A stretch of 63,918 nt of DNA, filler included, from Candidatus Fermentibacterota bacterium (GTDB taxonomy: Bacteria > JAFGKV01), in assembly GCA_016928395.1 (NCBI GenBank). It is 7 parts of 7 records of this genome, joined end to end, with 100 filler letters (N's around TTAATTAATTAA, not from the genome) between each part and the next. Parts side by side here need not be neighbours in the genome. Positions count along the whole stretch, not along the records: positions 13,102 to 25,199 come from JAFGKV010000181.1; positions 25,300 to 38,167 come from JAFGKV010000025.1; 5 more parts are not named here. One strand, given 5' to 3'. The notes under the pieces were generated by a model, which did not search any database, was not told where the DNA came from, and was given only the letters and a program-made list of their open reading frames with translations. Below, in pieces: positions 18,852 through 27,972 of the stretch. The stretch's first letter is position 1. The number at the start of each line of letters is the position of its first letter. The translations under genes and the position numbers were made by a program.

Positions 18852-19314
18852 GGCATCCTCCTGATGAACAGGGTCTATGCGCATCGTTATGGGTGCGCGA
18901 CTTCCCTGCATGTTGCATTCTGCACGTGTCGCACACGCCCACAAACTCCGCACGCAAACCTATGACCTCATACCCGTTGAACGTAGTGGCATCGTCCTTG
19001 CTCGGCGTCACGTGTACTCCGTCAAGATCATCCACCCGGCCGCACCGCACGCATCGTATGTGCACGTGATCGGAAGGGTCGCCATCGAACCGCACCGGTG
19101 AGCACCCCATGCCGAGTTTCTGGATTATGCCTTGGGCTGCCAGCACGTCCAGGTTGCGATACACGGTGGCGAGGCTGATTCGTGGCAATGTGCGCCGCAC
19201 ATTTACGTACACTTCATCCGTCGTGGGATGCACGCGGCGGGCGCGAAACCGGTCGAGAACCGAGAGCACCGCATCCCGTTGACGAGTCCTCCGATACGTG
19301 GGTCCGGACCCCAT
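18823..19314 (-). CDS. perR: Fur-family peroxide stress regulator (PerR-like)
   Basis: RRTRQR..HPTTDEVY..ISLATVYRNL..HVHIRCVRC..GVCDTC; sits upstream of rbr-dfx. Confidence 0.8.
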   Translation of the reverse strand: MGSGPTYRRTRQRDAVLSVLDRFRARRVHPTTDEVYVNVRRTLPRISLATVYRNLDVLAAQGIIQKLGMGCSPVRFDGDPSDHVHIRCVRCGRVDDLDGVHVTPSKDDATTFNGYEVIGLRAEFVGVCDTCRMQHAGKSRTHNDAHRPCSSGGCHAADQGNKN

Positions 19315-19626
19315 GCTTACCTCCATGTCACCACTCGGGCCTCAGGGTTCAAGAATGCGAACACAGGAGGGATGCGTGAACCTCGCATTGCCCGGCGTGC
19401 ACGCTTCACCATGTGCGGATTGCGGTTCGAGCGATCTGCCTGGCGACCATCTCCCGACATCCGCATGCCGTCGCGTCGCCAGTCAGGGTAGAGAACGCAC
19501 ATGGCCCGTGAAAGCACCCGAACGCCGTCATCAGTGATCCGCAACTAGTGTGCCAAGCAAACCTGCATCATTCTGGGTCCGGCCACCCTGAACCCAAGCC
19601 TTGTGAGCGGCTGCGACTCCATGAGA

Positions 19627-19672
19627 AATAGGAATTACTCCCATTATATCCTGTTCCTCTGTCGCGTGTCAA
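19627..19672 (-). promoter_or_regulatory. sigma70 promoter overlapped by a PerR/Fur-type 9-1-9 operator
   Basis: TTGACA (19672-19667), 18-nt spacer, TATAAT (19648-19643); AATAGGAAT-T-ACTCCCATT at 19627-19645. Confidence 0.8.
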
Positions 19673-19750
19673 GCCAAACTCGCCCGCCGGGGAGGTGGGC
19701 ATCCCCGTGAATCAGAGGGCGTTGGTCCATGCGGGGTTCACTAGCCAACT

Positions 19751-21370
19751 CTACCGCCTCGAAAGCTGCATTCGCAGCATCGGGAGGAGATCAGCTTCGA
19801 GGCCCAGCACGGGGCCACCATCCACACTCGCCAGAAGAGAGTCCGATCCCGAAGTCCACAGGGCAATGGTCATGTCGCCGTCGTCCAGAGTGAACCGCAC
19901 CGTTGCCGTCTCCCGTATCTCTCCCGCCTCAACCTCCTCAGGGAACCGGGCGAGGCGCGCCTCCATCACCGATGCCACGACAGAATCGGGTGCGGCGTCC
20001 GAGGCCCAGTGGTTGGAGACCTTCCACCCGTCAACCCCCTGGCGGGTCGCGGTTGCCGCCACCCCTTCAAGACGTACTTCCAGGGCGTTCACCTCAAAGG
20101 CGTCTAGATCTATCACACGACGCGACCGCCAGGCATTCGCTTCGAGGGTGAGCGTATCCACTACCGGGCTGACCAAAAGGGCCGGCCCACCGAGATGCTG
20201 AGCGAATATCACACGCCCCTGTGCGCGCAGCGGTCCCATCTGAATCGCAACCGAGTCGCGCCGACGGCTTTCGGCGACTAGTGTCATCACGGGTTCCCAC
20301 TCATCGACGGCATGATCCGAAAAGTCGACCCGTGCAGCCTCAAGATCACGGATGAGTCGCATTACGCTTTGCGCATCGGCCGCCTGAGTGCCTACCCTCC
20401 AGCGCCCGGCCCCGTCCTTGCTGATTGCCAGGGTCTCGCCAAGAGCGCTGGCGAAGCGAATCGCCTGTACTTCATAGGCTGAAAAGGGAAGGAGCTCCCG
20501 CGAACGCCACGTATCTACCGGCGCAAGCAGTAGGGCCGCCAGGCTCGAGTCCACCACCATGGCGTCGCCTCGAAGGTTGCTGCAAATCAGTGGCGAGTCG
20601 TGGTCTGTGAGGCAGACATCAAGGGTTTCCGCCGATGCCGCGGTGTGCACAACCCAGGTGGCGGCGGGCGTGCACGAGACTCCCGGAAGAAACTCATCGA
20701 CCACCGGTTCCCTCAACCGCCGCAGCAGGGAACGAACCGCAGAATCATCGGCTCTGGCACTGACGGGCATGCCCAACTCCCAGGTACCGTCATGCTTCGC
20801 CAGTGAAAGGACCTGGCCGATTCCCGTCCTGTTCACTGCCACAATGTCCTCAGCCGGGGCCTGAAGCAACCTCGTGCTCCGGAGATCAGCGGATGCGGTG
20901 GCCAGACGGGTGAATACCCTCTCTGGCACGACCAATACCACAGAGGTGTCTGCTGTGTGCGCATACCTGCTCTTCCCCGCAGGGTTGACGCTGCCCAGGG
21001 CAAGACGCGCCCTCATCGTATCGCCGGTTCGGGCCACCAGCTCAAGCTCGGGCGGGTCGAGACCGAAGGAAGCCAGCCTGGCTTCCGGGGAGAAGGCCCG
21101 GTCTGCGTGCGTGTCCTGGAGTTGCTCCAGAATCACGCCGACCGCCCCATCATCTGCCATATCGTACACGGGCGCGACCATCTGCCACGACTCACCGGCC
21201 TTCCTCACCAGCACTGTGTCAGGCCCGCGGATCACCATGAGTTCATCCACCTCGTCGCCCTGGAACGAGAGGACAGGCGCCTCCTTCGGCCCGGTGTCGC
21301 TATCGAGCATGAGCATGGTAATCCCGACAGCACAGGCCAACGCCAATAGCCCGACGGTCTTCCAGCTCAT
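19751..21370 (-). CDS. DUF4340 domain protein (repeated domains)
   Basis: N-terminal TM; WQMVAP..AD..V; LASFGLDPP; LRSTRL/WRSREL/WRSRRV repeats; follows a GldG-like gene. Confidence 0.8.
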   Translation of the reverse strand: MSWKTVGLLALACAVGITMLMLDSDTGPKEAPVLSFQGDEVDELMVIRGPDTVLVRKAGESWQMVAPVYDMADDGAVGVILEQLQDTHADRAFSPEARLASFGLDPPELELVARTGDTMRARLALGSVNPAGKSRYAHTADTSVVLVVPERVFTRLATASADLRSTRLLQAPAEDIVAVNRTGIGQVLSLAKHDGTWELGMPVSARADDSAVRSLLRRLREPVVDEFLPGVSCTPAATWVVHTAASAETLDVCLTDHDSPLICSNLRGDAMVVDSSLAALLLAPVDTWRSRELLPFSAYEVQAIRFASALGETLAISKDGAGRWRVGTQAADAQSVMRLIRDLEAARVDFSDHAVDEWEPVMTLVAESRRRDSVAIQMGPLRAQGRVIFAQHLGGPALLVSPVVDTLTLEANAWRSRRVIDLDAFEVNALEVRLEGVAATATRQGVDGWKVSNHWASDAAPDSVVASVMEARLARFPEEVEAGEIRETATVRFTLDDGDMTIALWTSGSDSLLASVDGGPVLGLEADLLPMLRMQLSRR

Positions 21371-21374
21371 GTGG

Positions 21375-22880
21375 CTACCTCCGCCGCCATCGCTGGGCGA
21401 TACCCGCGACCAAAACCGCGCCGGGGAGTACCACCACCACCAGCAGGAAGATGCTCCTGGCGGCATCAGCGGACAGCGTGAGGTAGGCCCCGGTGCCACT
21501 CCGGGGACGAATCGCGATCAACTCACCCCGTTCGGCCAGCCATGACAAGGCGTTCATCCCCAGATCCCGGTTGCCCGAGACAGTGAGAAAGGCATTGGTG
21601 AGGAAGTCCACATCGCCGAACACGACAAGCCTTCCTTCCGACGATACCTCACCCTCCGGTCTGTCGCACGGCCATGACGCGGCCGCACCCACACAGAGGG
21701 GTCCTTCCCGCTCATGGGGATCCCACGCAACTGTACCGGACGTCAGCGATCCGGTTTCGGCCCAGCTTGCCGTGCCCGTCTCCGCGATGCAGGTCACGGA
21801 GGCTGAATCCTCCTGAGAGCCCGTCACGTCCAGCGAGCGGGCCAGGGGGAAGAACGACGCCGCGGTAAAAGAACGGGTGATGGGGTGATCGTCGCTGTAG
21901 TGCGCCACCAGCGGCACTACCTCGCTCATGCCGAAAACTCTGCCGACTCCACTGGCGTCCACTATGACATCTTTGCGTGCGGTGATGCCGCGCGGCAACG
22001 TCACCTCTTCCAGCGACGGACCTTCAGGCTCCAGGAGCAGGAGAGCCCGTCCCCCCGCAGCCAGAAATAGATTCAGGCTATCCAGTTCCGCGGCCAGAAG
22101 GGGCACCATAGGCCCCGGCACCAGCAGCAGGTCATCCGTGGAAGGCACTCCATCCCGCAGGATGATGCGCTCCTCGACGTCGTAGTTCTCGTGCAGCAAT
22201 GCCTCGACCAGCGAACTCAGGCCGGTCTTCTCTTCGTCGACGGTGCTGCGGCCGCCATGGCCGGTCAGGACGTGCACCGTGATCCTGCGATCATCCTTCA
22301 GGCGCATGAGAGCGGAGGTAAGCGTCTCCTCCGAGGGAGCGCTGACGCGCTCGGTTCGTCCCGCCATGGAAATGACCACGGTGCCGTAGTCTCTGATCTG
22401 GTGGGCCTGGGCCTGCTCGGGTTGACGGTCAGGATCCACCACCCGGAAAGAGAACCCCCGGGAAGCCGCCGCATACTCCTTGAGGAGGTCGATCGTGTGG
22501 CGGTCATCACTCTGGGTGAATGCGATGGCTTCCACCGAACCGGGAAGGGCATGCAATACCTGCCTGGTTTGCTCCGAGAGCGTGAATCTCTTCGTGGCAG
22601 TGATATCCCACCGCAGCGTGTGCCGGGAGGCCCCCACATTCACGATCACGACAATGGCCAAGACCAGCAGACTCCCCAGCACCATGGGTGCGGCGGTGGC
22701 CAGTGTCTTCACGCCGGCTCGCCAGATCGCCAGCACGGGCCAGAGGGCCAGAAGCACCAGGCCCGCGGTCACCGTGATTCGGGGTATCGATTCGGATCCG
22801 GTGGCGGCGGTAGCCAGCACAAGCCCCGCTGCCAACAACGCCACTCCGCCAATCGCCGCGATGTGTTGTATCCTCTTCAT
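21375..22880 (-). CDS. GldG-like ABC transporter auxiliary protein
   Basis: RWDITATKRFTLSEQT, VLTGHG, RLVVFGDVDFLTN..GNRDLGMNALSWL. Confidence 0.85.
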   Translation of the reverse strand: MKRIQHIAAIGGVALLAAGLVLATAATGSESIPRITVTAGLVLLALWPVLAIWRAGVKTLATAAPMVLGSLLVLAIVVIVNVGASRHTLRWDITATKRFTLSEQTRQVLHALPGSVEAIAFTQSDDRHTIDLLKEYAAASRGFSFRVVDPDRQPEQAQAHQIRDYGTVVISMAGRTERVSAPSEETLTSALMRLKDDRRITVHVLTGHGGRSTVDEEKTGLSSLVEALLHENYDVEERIILRDGVPSTDDLLLVPGPMVPLLAAELDSLNLFLAAGGRALLLLEPEGPSLEEVTLPRGITARKDVIVDASGVGRVFGMSEVVPLVAHYSDDHPITRSFTAASFFPLARSLDVTGSQEDSASVTCIAETGTASWAETGSLTSGTVAWDPHEREGPLCVGAAASWPCDRPEGEVSSEGRLVVFGDVDFLTNAFLTVSGNRDLGMNALSWLAERGELIAIRPRSGTGAYLTLSADAARSIFLLVVVVLPGAVLVAGIAQRWRRR

Positions 22881-22883
22881 GGC

Positions 22884-23651
22884 TCACCTCCCATGGCGTG
22901 CCGCTAGGAGGTGCGCGGCAAGAAAGAGCGGAACGAACACCAGGCTTGCGAAGAACACCAGATGCGATGTGTCCACCACCCCCTTGGCGAGCTCTTCGTA
23001 ATGAGACATCACGGAGAGATAGTCCAGCACCGAGGCGAGGGCACCGTCGGTGATGGCGGCCGCCCAACTGATCACCCACAAGAGCAGCAGGAAGCCGAAG
23101 CTGGTAACCGCCGCAACGATCTGGTTCTCGCTGGCTGCCGATGCCAACACTCCCCACGCGACAAACCCCGCACCGGTGAGGAAGAGGCCGACCGCCGCCG
23201 CCGCCGTGGGCCCCGGGTCGATCTCACCCACCAAAGCCAGCACCAGCGGGTAGATGCAGGTGAGCGCTGTCAGGAGGCCGATGAGCCCCGCGGCACCCAG
23301 GAACTTGCCGCCCACCACGTGCCACGGCCGTACCGGAGATGTGAAGAGAAGCTCCGCTGTACCGCTGCGCCGTTCTTCGGCAAGCAGCCGCATTGTGATC
23401 ATTGGGATAACCATAAGCATAACGAGGCTTAGATTAAGATACAATGGCCTCACAACCATTTCATTAATATCCAGTTGGTCTTCCTGATATCCGTATTGCA
23501 TGAATTGAAGTGACAATCTGCTGAAATATGACAACATGGTGTAGAAGAAGAACCCTCCGATGAGAAGGTATACTGTTGACACTACATACGCCATTGGCGA
23601 GACGAAGTAGGTCTTCAGTTCCTTTCCCGCGATGGTGAGCATCTTGCTCAT
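22884..23651 (-). CDS. ABC-2 permease (GldF-like)
   Basis: KELKTYFVSPMAY; TMRLLAEERRSGTAELLFTSP; ENQIVAA. Confidence 0.9.
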   Translation of the reverse strand: MSKMLTIAGKELKTYFVSPMAYVVSTVYLLIGGFFFYTMLSYFSRLSLQFMQYGYQEDQLDINEMVVRPLYLNLSLVMLMVIPMITMRLLAEERRSGTAELLFTSPVRPWHVVGGKFLGAAGLIGLLTALTCIYPLVLALVGEIDPGPTAAAAVGLFLTGAGFVAWGVLASAASENQIVAAVTSFGFLLLLWVISWAAAITDGALASVLDYLSVMSHYEELAKGVVDTSHLVFFASLVFVPLFLAAHLLAARHGR

Positions 23652-24586
23652 TCCGAATCCTCCTTCGTGAGCTGGAGGAAGACATCTTCCAGGCTGGCGC
23701 CGCAGGGTGAAAGCTCAAGGAGGCCAAGCCCATGGGTGACGATTTCCCGGGCCATGTCTTCCCGAACCGCAGGATGCCCGCCCATGCGCAATTCTCCCCG
23801 GATGACACCCTCCTCGCCCCCCTGCAGGCTGACAGTCTGAACGCCGGGCACGGCATCCAGAATCCGGCGCAGCTCGTGCTCCGCTCCCCGTACTTCAATG
23901 CGAACAGTCAGGTCGCCCTGAAGCCTGGCCGACAGGCCAGCCGTGGTGTCTTCCGCCACGATGCGACCGCGATGGATGATAACCACCCGGTCGCAGGTCG
24001 CGCTGACCTCCGGCAGAATGTGGGATGAGAGCAGCACGGTATGCTCCTGGCCCAGTTCCTTGATTAGATTGCGCACCTCGTGGATCTGCTTGGGATCGAG
24101 GCCAACGGTGGGTTCATCCAGCACGAGGACTTTTGGATTGTGCACCAGGGCCTGGGCCAGACCGCACCTCTGGCGGTAGCCTCGGGATAGTTCGCCGACA
24201 ATGCGCTCCTGCACGGGGCCCAAAGCGCACCGTTCCACCGCTGCATCCACGGACGCCCGGAGCCGCCGCCGCGGTACATCGCGCAGAGCCGCCAGGTACT
24301 CCAGCAGCCCACGAACAGTCATCTCCCGGTACAAGGCAACATTCTCCGGCAGGTAGCCGATCCTGCGACGAACCTCCATGGAGTGCCCGGGCACATGCCA
24401 GCCATCAACCGTCACGGTTCCCTCATCAGGAGGAAGGAATCCCGTAAGAATTCGCATGGTGGTGGTCTTGCCCGCGGCATTGGGACCCAGAAACCCCAGG
24501 ATCTCATTCCGTTCAACGCGGAAGCTCACGCCCTCAAGCGCGGCCACGTCGGCAAACCGCTTGGTCAGCTTCTCAACGACTATCAT
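23648..24586 (-). CDS. ABC transporter ATP-binding protein (GldA-like)
   Basis: GPNAAGKTT, LSRGYRQR, LDEPTVGLDP. Confidence 0.95.
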   Translation of the reverse strand: MIVVEKLTKRFADVAALEGVSFRVERNEILGFLGPNAAGKTTTMRILTGFLPPDEGTVTVDGWHVPGHSMEVRRRIGYLPENVALYREMTVRGLLEYLAALRDVPRRRLRASVDAAVERCALGPVQERIVGELSRGYRQRCGLAQALVHNPKVLVLDEPTVGLDPKQIHEVRNLIKELGQEHTVLLSSHILPEVSATCDRVVIIHRGRIVAEDTTAGLSARLQGDLTVRIEVRGAEHELRRILDAVPGVQTVSLQGGEEGVIRGELRMGGHPAVREDMAREIVTHGLGLLELSPCGASLEDVFLQLTKEDSE

Positions 24587-25187
24587 CAACACCTCCAGAT
24601 ACACGGGCGCGGTGTACCCACCGCCACGCCAGATATCCAACAATCACTCCCAAGAACACAAGAACAAGGCCCGCATTGCCAAGAAGACTGACCACGCGGA
24701 GCCAGCTTCGCCCGAGCATGTACCCTCCGGTCACCACTATGGCCTGCCAGGTCACTACGGCAAGGGCCAAGGACCACACAACATGCCGGGCAGGCATCCC
24801 GCCATATCCGGCCGCCAAAAGGATAAGGGACCGGATGCCGGGCACAAAGCGTGAGCCCATGACCAGAAAAGGCCCGCGCCTCGAAACCAAGGCCCGAGCC
24901 CGGGCGAATCCCGGCCTGCCCGCCCACCGCGACGCACTCGGATGCGTGGACCAGTGCCGGCCTGCGGCCCACAGGATGAACCCCCCAAGGTAGCTTCCCG
25001 ATGAGGAGAGGGCCAGTGCCGGAAGAAGCGGGCCGCCCTGGCGGGCCAACGCAAAACTGCACACGACTGTCACGGCATCGCCGGGAAAGGGCGGGAACGC
25101 GGTCTCAACCGCGCCCGCCACGAAGAGGGCCACGTACAGGGAGACCGGAGAAAGTGAGCCCAGAAAGAGGACGAAATCTTGCACCAT
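24573..25187 (-). CDS. DedA family membrane protein
   Basis: ETAFPPFPGD..GSRFVPGIRS. Confidence 0.85.
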   Translation of the reverse strand: MVQDFVLFLGSLSPVSLYVALFVAGAVETAFPPFPGDAVTVVCSFALARQGGPLLPALALSSSGSYLGGFILWAAGRHWSTHPSASRWAGRPGFARARALVSRRGPFLVMGSRFVPGIRSLILLAAGYGGMPARHVVWSLALAVVTWQAIVVTGGYMLGRSWLRVVSLLGNAGLVLVFLGVIVGYLAWRWVHRARVSGGVDDSR

Positions 25188-25199
25188 GGTACTTGTGGA

Positions 25200-25299
25200 N
25201 NNNNNNNNNNNNNNNNNNNNNNNNNNNNNNNNNNNNNNNNNNNTTAATTAATTAANNNNNNNNNNNNNNNNNNNNNNNNNNNNNNNNNNNNNNNNNNNN
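25200..25299. other. Artificial contig spacer
   Basis: N run containing TTAATTAATTAA. Confidence 0.99.
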
Positions 25300-25776
25300 C
25301 TGGCGCGCCTGCCCTGGGTCTGCGAGTTCACCATGGCGCCGGCCGCCCGGGGCCACTGGGGCGCTACCATGGTTACCCTCCTTCCGCCTGACAATCCCGC
25401 GTAGGTGCATCGTCTCGCATCCGTGTGTTCCATCGCATCGAAGCCGCCACGACTCAACTCGATATCGTCTGTTCCCACGTTCTTCCGCCATCATGTGTAC
25501 TATTCTTCTTTGTCTAATCAATCCCTGTGCGTCCAGATTCAGCAGAAGCTCAGCAGGTGCTCCCCGCCGCCACTGGGGAGAGCGATCGGATTCCGGGCAT
25601 GCCTGCTGATTGCGCTCACCTGTGCGAAGGCGACCGTAGATCCGATTCTGTGAACCCCCCGTAAGAGAGCACAGCGCCCCACAGTGAGGATCTCCGCACT
25701 GCCGCGTACGGTTTCTCAAGCATCGCGCCAGGAGCACTCGGAGACAATGCCGCTGTCAAGACTCAAACCCCCGGCG

Positions 25777-27261
25777 CTACTCCCACGGCCTCAGACGCAC
25801 CGCCTCGGCAAAGCGCGCGGCGAATCCCTCGGTCTGCAGTATCACCCGCTGGCCTCTCCTTTGGAGATTTGCCACCATCCCGGGATCCTGACACAGCCCT
25901 GCGCCCAGCAGGGCGCCATTGCCTGCCACCATGATCCTGCCCCGATCCATCCGGGGTATGAGGCCGATGGCCTGGGCATTGTCCAGCTGCAACCCCCGGG
26001 CGAACGCCCCGCAGAGCACGAGGCTGCGAAGGTCTTTGAGAGGAAGAGACGCGTGGGTGAGCAGCGCGCGGACACCGATCTCCACCGCCGCCTTGGCCTT
26101 CTGCATCTCCCTGACATCCCGCTGGGTGAAGCTCAGGCCTGGCAGAGCGAGCTGTACACACGGGTCTTCGACAAGCCTCCCCGACTGTTCCATGCGACCG
26201 CTGGAGCCAAGCACGGCGCAGAGATCGATGGCTGCGGAACCGCAGAGACCGACGGGCGCACCTCCACCGATCACCGTGAGCCCCAACGCGTCGCCCTTGG
26301 CCTCGACATGTTCCACGGCGCCGTCTCCGGCGACACACCCGCAGGACAGGCCCCCTCCCTCAAATGCGGGGCCGGCGGGCACTGAAGTGAACAGGAGGCG
26401 GTCATGCGCCCACAGGGCCATCTCGCAGTTGGTGCCCATGTCGACCAGGAGCCATGGGTCCTCCACGGCGCGCTTCCTGATGAGGGCGATGGAGGCCACG
26501 ACATCCGATCCCACCAGCCCCCCCAGCGGAGGCACGAGAGAGACCTGCCAGCCTGTGCCGTCGGTATCGACGGGTACGCAGACCGAATGCCAGCCAAGGC
26601 CCTGTTCCCTCGGTGCAAAGGGGCTGATTCCCAAGGATGTTGCATCGATCCCCGCGACCAAATGCTGCATGACGGTATTGCCCACGGCAACGATCCACGC
26701 CGGTCGCTCGATGGAGACCGCAGCCGCCCTCACTACCGCCGCCATGGGTTCCAGTACAGCCCGCCTTAGGTCACAAACCCCCTCGGGCTCCGCTGAGGCA
26801 CTGACACGGCTCATCACATCAGCGCCGTAGCGCCGCTGCAAGTTCGGAGCTGACCACACCCTCCCCGGCATGCCTCCCTTGTCAAAGGCGGTCGCCATGA
26901 CCGTGGTCGTGCCGATGTCAATGGCAATACCCGGCCCCGCAGGACCGGGCACGAAGTCACGCGAGATGATTCGATCCCAGGCATGACCCGTGACTGTGGC
27001 GGGAGTGCGCGCCCCCGAGACCAGGTACTCCCCGGGATGAAGCGTGCAGGCCAGGCGCTGGCCCCGGGCCAGCCCGGCGGTATCGATCCATCGCCGGTCG
27101 GCCGGTAACGGCGGCGGAAGGCGCTCTCCCACCAGCGTCACCGCACAGGTTCCGCAGCGGCCCCGACCCCCGCATGCCCCTGCAACCGCCAGTCTCGCCT
27201 GGACTGCCGCCAGAGGGGGAACCCCCGGGGGAATCTGGATGATGAGGGGATCGTCGAGCAT
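25777..27261 (-). CDS. RACo-like ASKHA/DUF4445 protein with N-terminal [2Fe-2S] (reductive activator of corrinoid proteins family)
   Basis: CGGRGRCGTC..RLAC; IDIGTTTV; YGADVMSR; DMGTNCE; AGPAFEG; GLCGS; TQRDVREMQKAKAA. Confidence 0.85.
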   Translation of the reverse strand: MLDDPLIIQIPPGVPPLAAVQARLAVAGACGGRGRCGTCAVTLVGERLPPPLPADRRWIDTAGLARGQRLACTLHPGEYLVSGARTPATVTGHAWDRIISRDFVPGPAGPGIAIDIGTTTVMATAFDKGGMPGRVWSAPNLQRRYGADVMSRVSASAEPEGVCDLRRAVLEPMAAVVRAAAVSIERPAWIVAVGNTVMQHLVAGIDATSLGISPFAPREQGLGWHSVCVPVDTDGTGWQVSLVPPLGGLVGSDVVASIALIRKRAVEDPWLLVDMGTNCEMALWAHDRLLFTSVPAGPAFEGGGLSCGCVAGDGAVEHVEAKGDALGLTVIGGGAPVGLCGSAAIDLCAVLGSSGRMEQSGRLVEDPCVQLALPGLSFTQRDVREMQKAKAAVEIGVRALLTHASLPLKDLRSLVLCGAFARGLQLDNAQAIGLIPRMDRGRIMVAGNGALLGAGLCQDPGMVANLQRRGQRVILQTEGFAARFAEAVRLRPWE

Positions 27262-27287
27262 ACCGGGAATCTGGCGCGGCCCGGGAC

Positions 27288-27965
27288 TCACCGTCGTGGG
27301 GAAAGACTCAAGACCAGTAAAGTCCGCAGAATGTCGGGCCACACCGTGAAGAGGTTGAGCTTGGAGCTGCCCGCGCAGCGCTCGTACTCGTGGCAACCGA
27401 TTTCGCCGACCTTACACCGGTTGATCAACGCCCTCATGACCATCTCCTGTTCGATGGCGAACCGATCCTCTCTGAGGCCGAGATGCTTCGCCACATCGGT
27501 TCGAATGCCCCGGAATCCGTTCTGGCAATCGGTAAGACGAATGCCCCATCGATAGTTGATGGCAACCAGCACTAGATGGGACCCCATCATGCGAACGAAA
27601 CGGCCGAAGCTGCCAGACCATTCATCGCTGCCACCCCTGATCCGTGATCCGATCACAAGGTCGAGCCCACCGTGCAGTGCGTGGACGAGTCGAGGGATGT
27701 CGCGGGGATCGTGGGACCCATCGGCATCCATGAACACAATGTACTCCTGGGTGGCCTCGGCGATGCCAAGCCTGACCGCCTCGCCCTTTCCCCGGCCCGA
27801 ATCTCTGATGACCCTGGCGCCGAGCGCTCGGGCAATGTCGGCGGTCTCGTCAGCGGAGTTGCCATCGACGACGACTATCTCGTCGACCAAGGGCAGGGCC
27901 TCCCGCAGGATATCCTTGAGGGTAGCGGCCTCATTCTTGGCCGGTATGATGAGACTGATGCCCAC
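27288..27965 (-). CDS. GT2 glycosyltransferase (polyprenol-phosphate glycosyltransferase-like)
   Basis: IIPAKNE, VVDGNS, FMDADGSH, VIGSR, TDCQNGF. Confidence 0.9.
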   Translation of the reverse strand: MGISLIIPAKNEAATLKDILREALPLVDEIVVVDGNSADETADIARALGARVIRDSGRGKGEAVRLGIAEATQEYIVFMDADGSHDPRDIPRLVHALHGGLDLVIGSRIRGGSDEWSGSFGRFVRMMGSHLVLVAINYRWGIRLTDCQNGFRGIRTDVAKHLGLREDRFAIEQEMVMRALINRCKVGEIGCHEYERCAGSSKLNLFTVWPDILRTLLVLSLSPRR

Positions 27966-27972
27966 GGAGCCC

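Noticed and set aside
23400-23412. DnaA-box-like TTATCCCAA in the low-GC patch
   Set aside because: Single site with two mismatches; insufficient to call oriC
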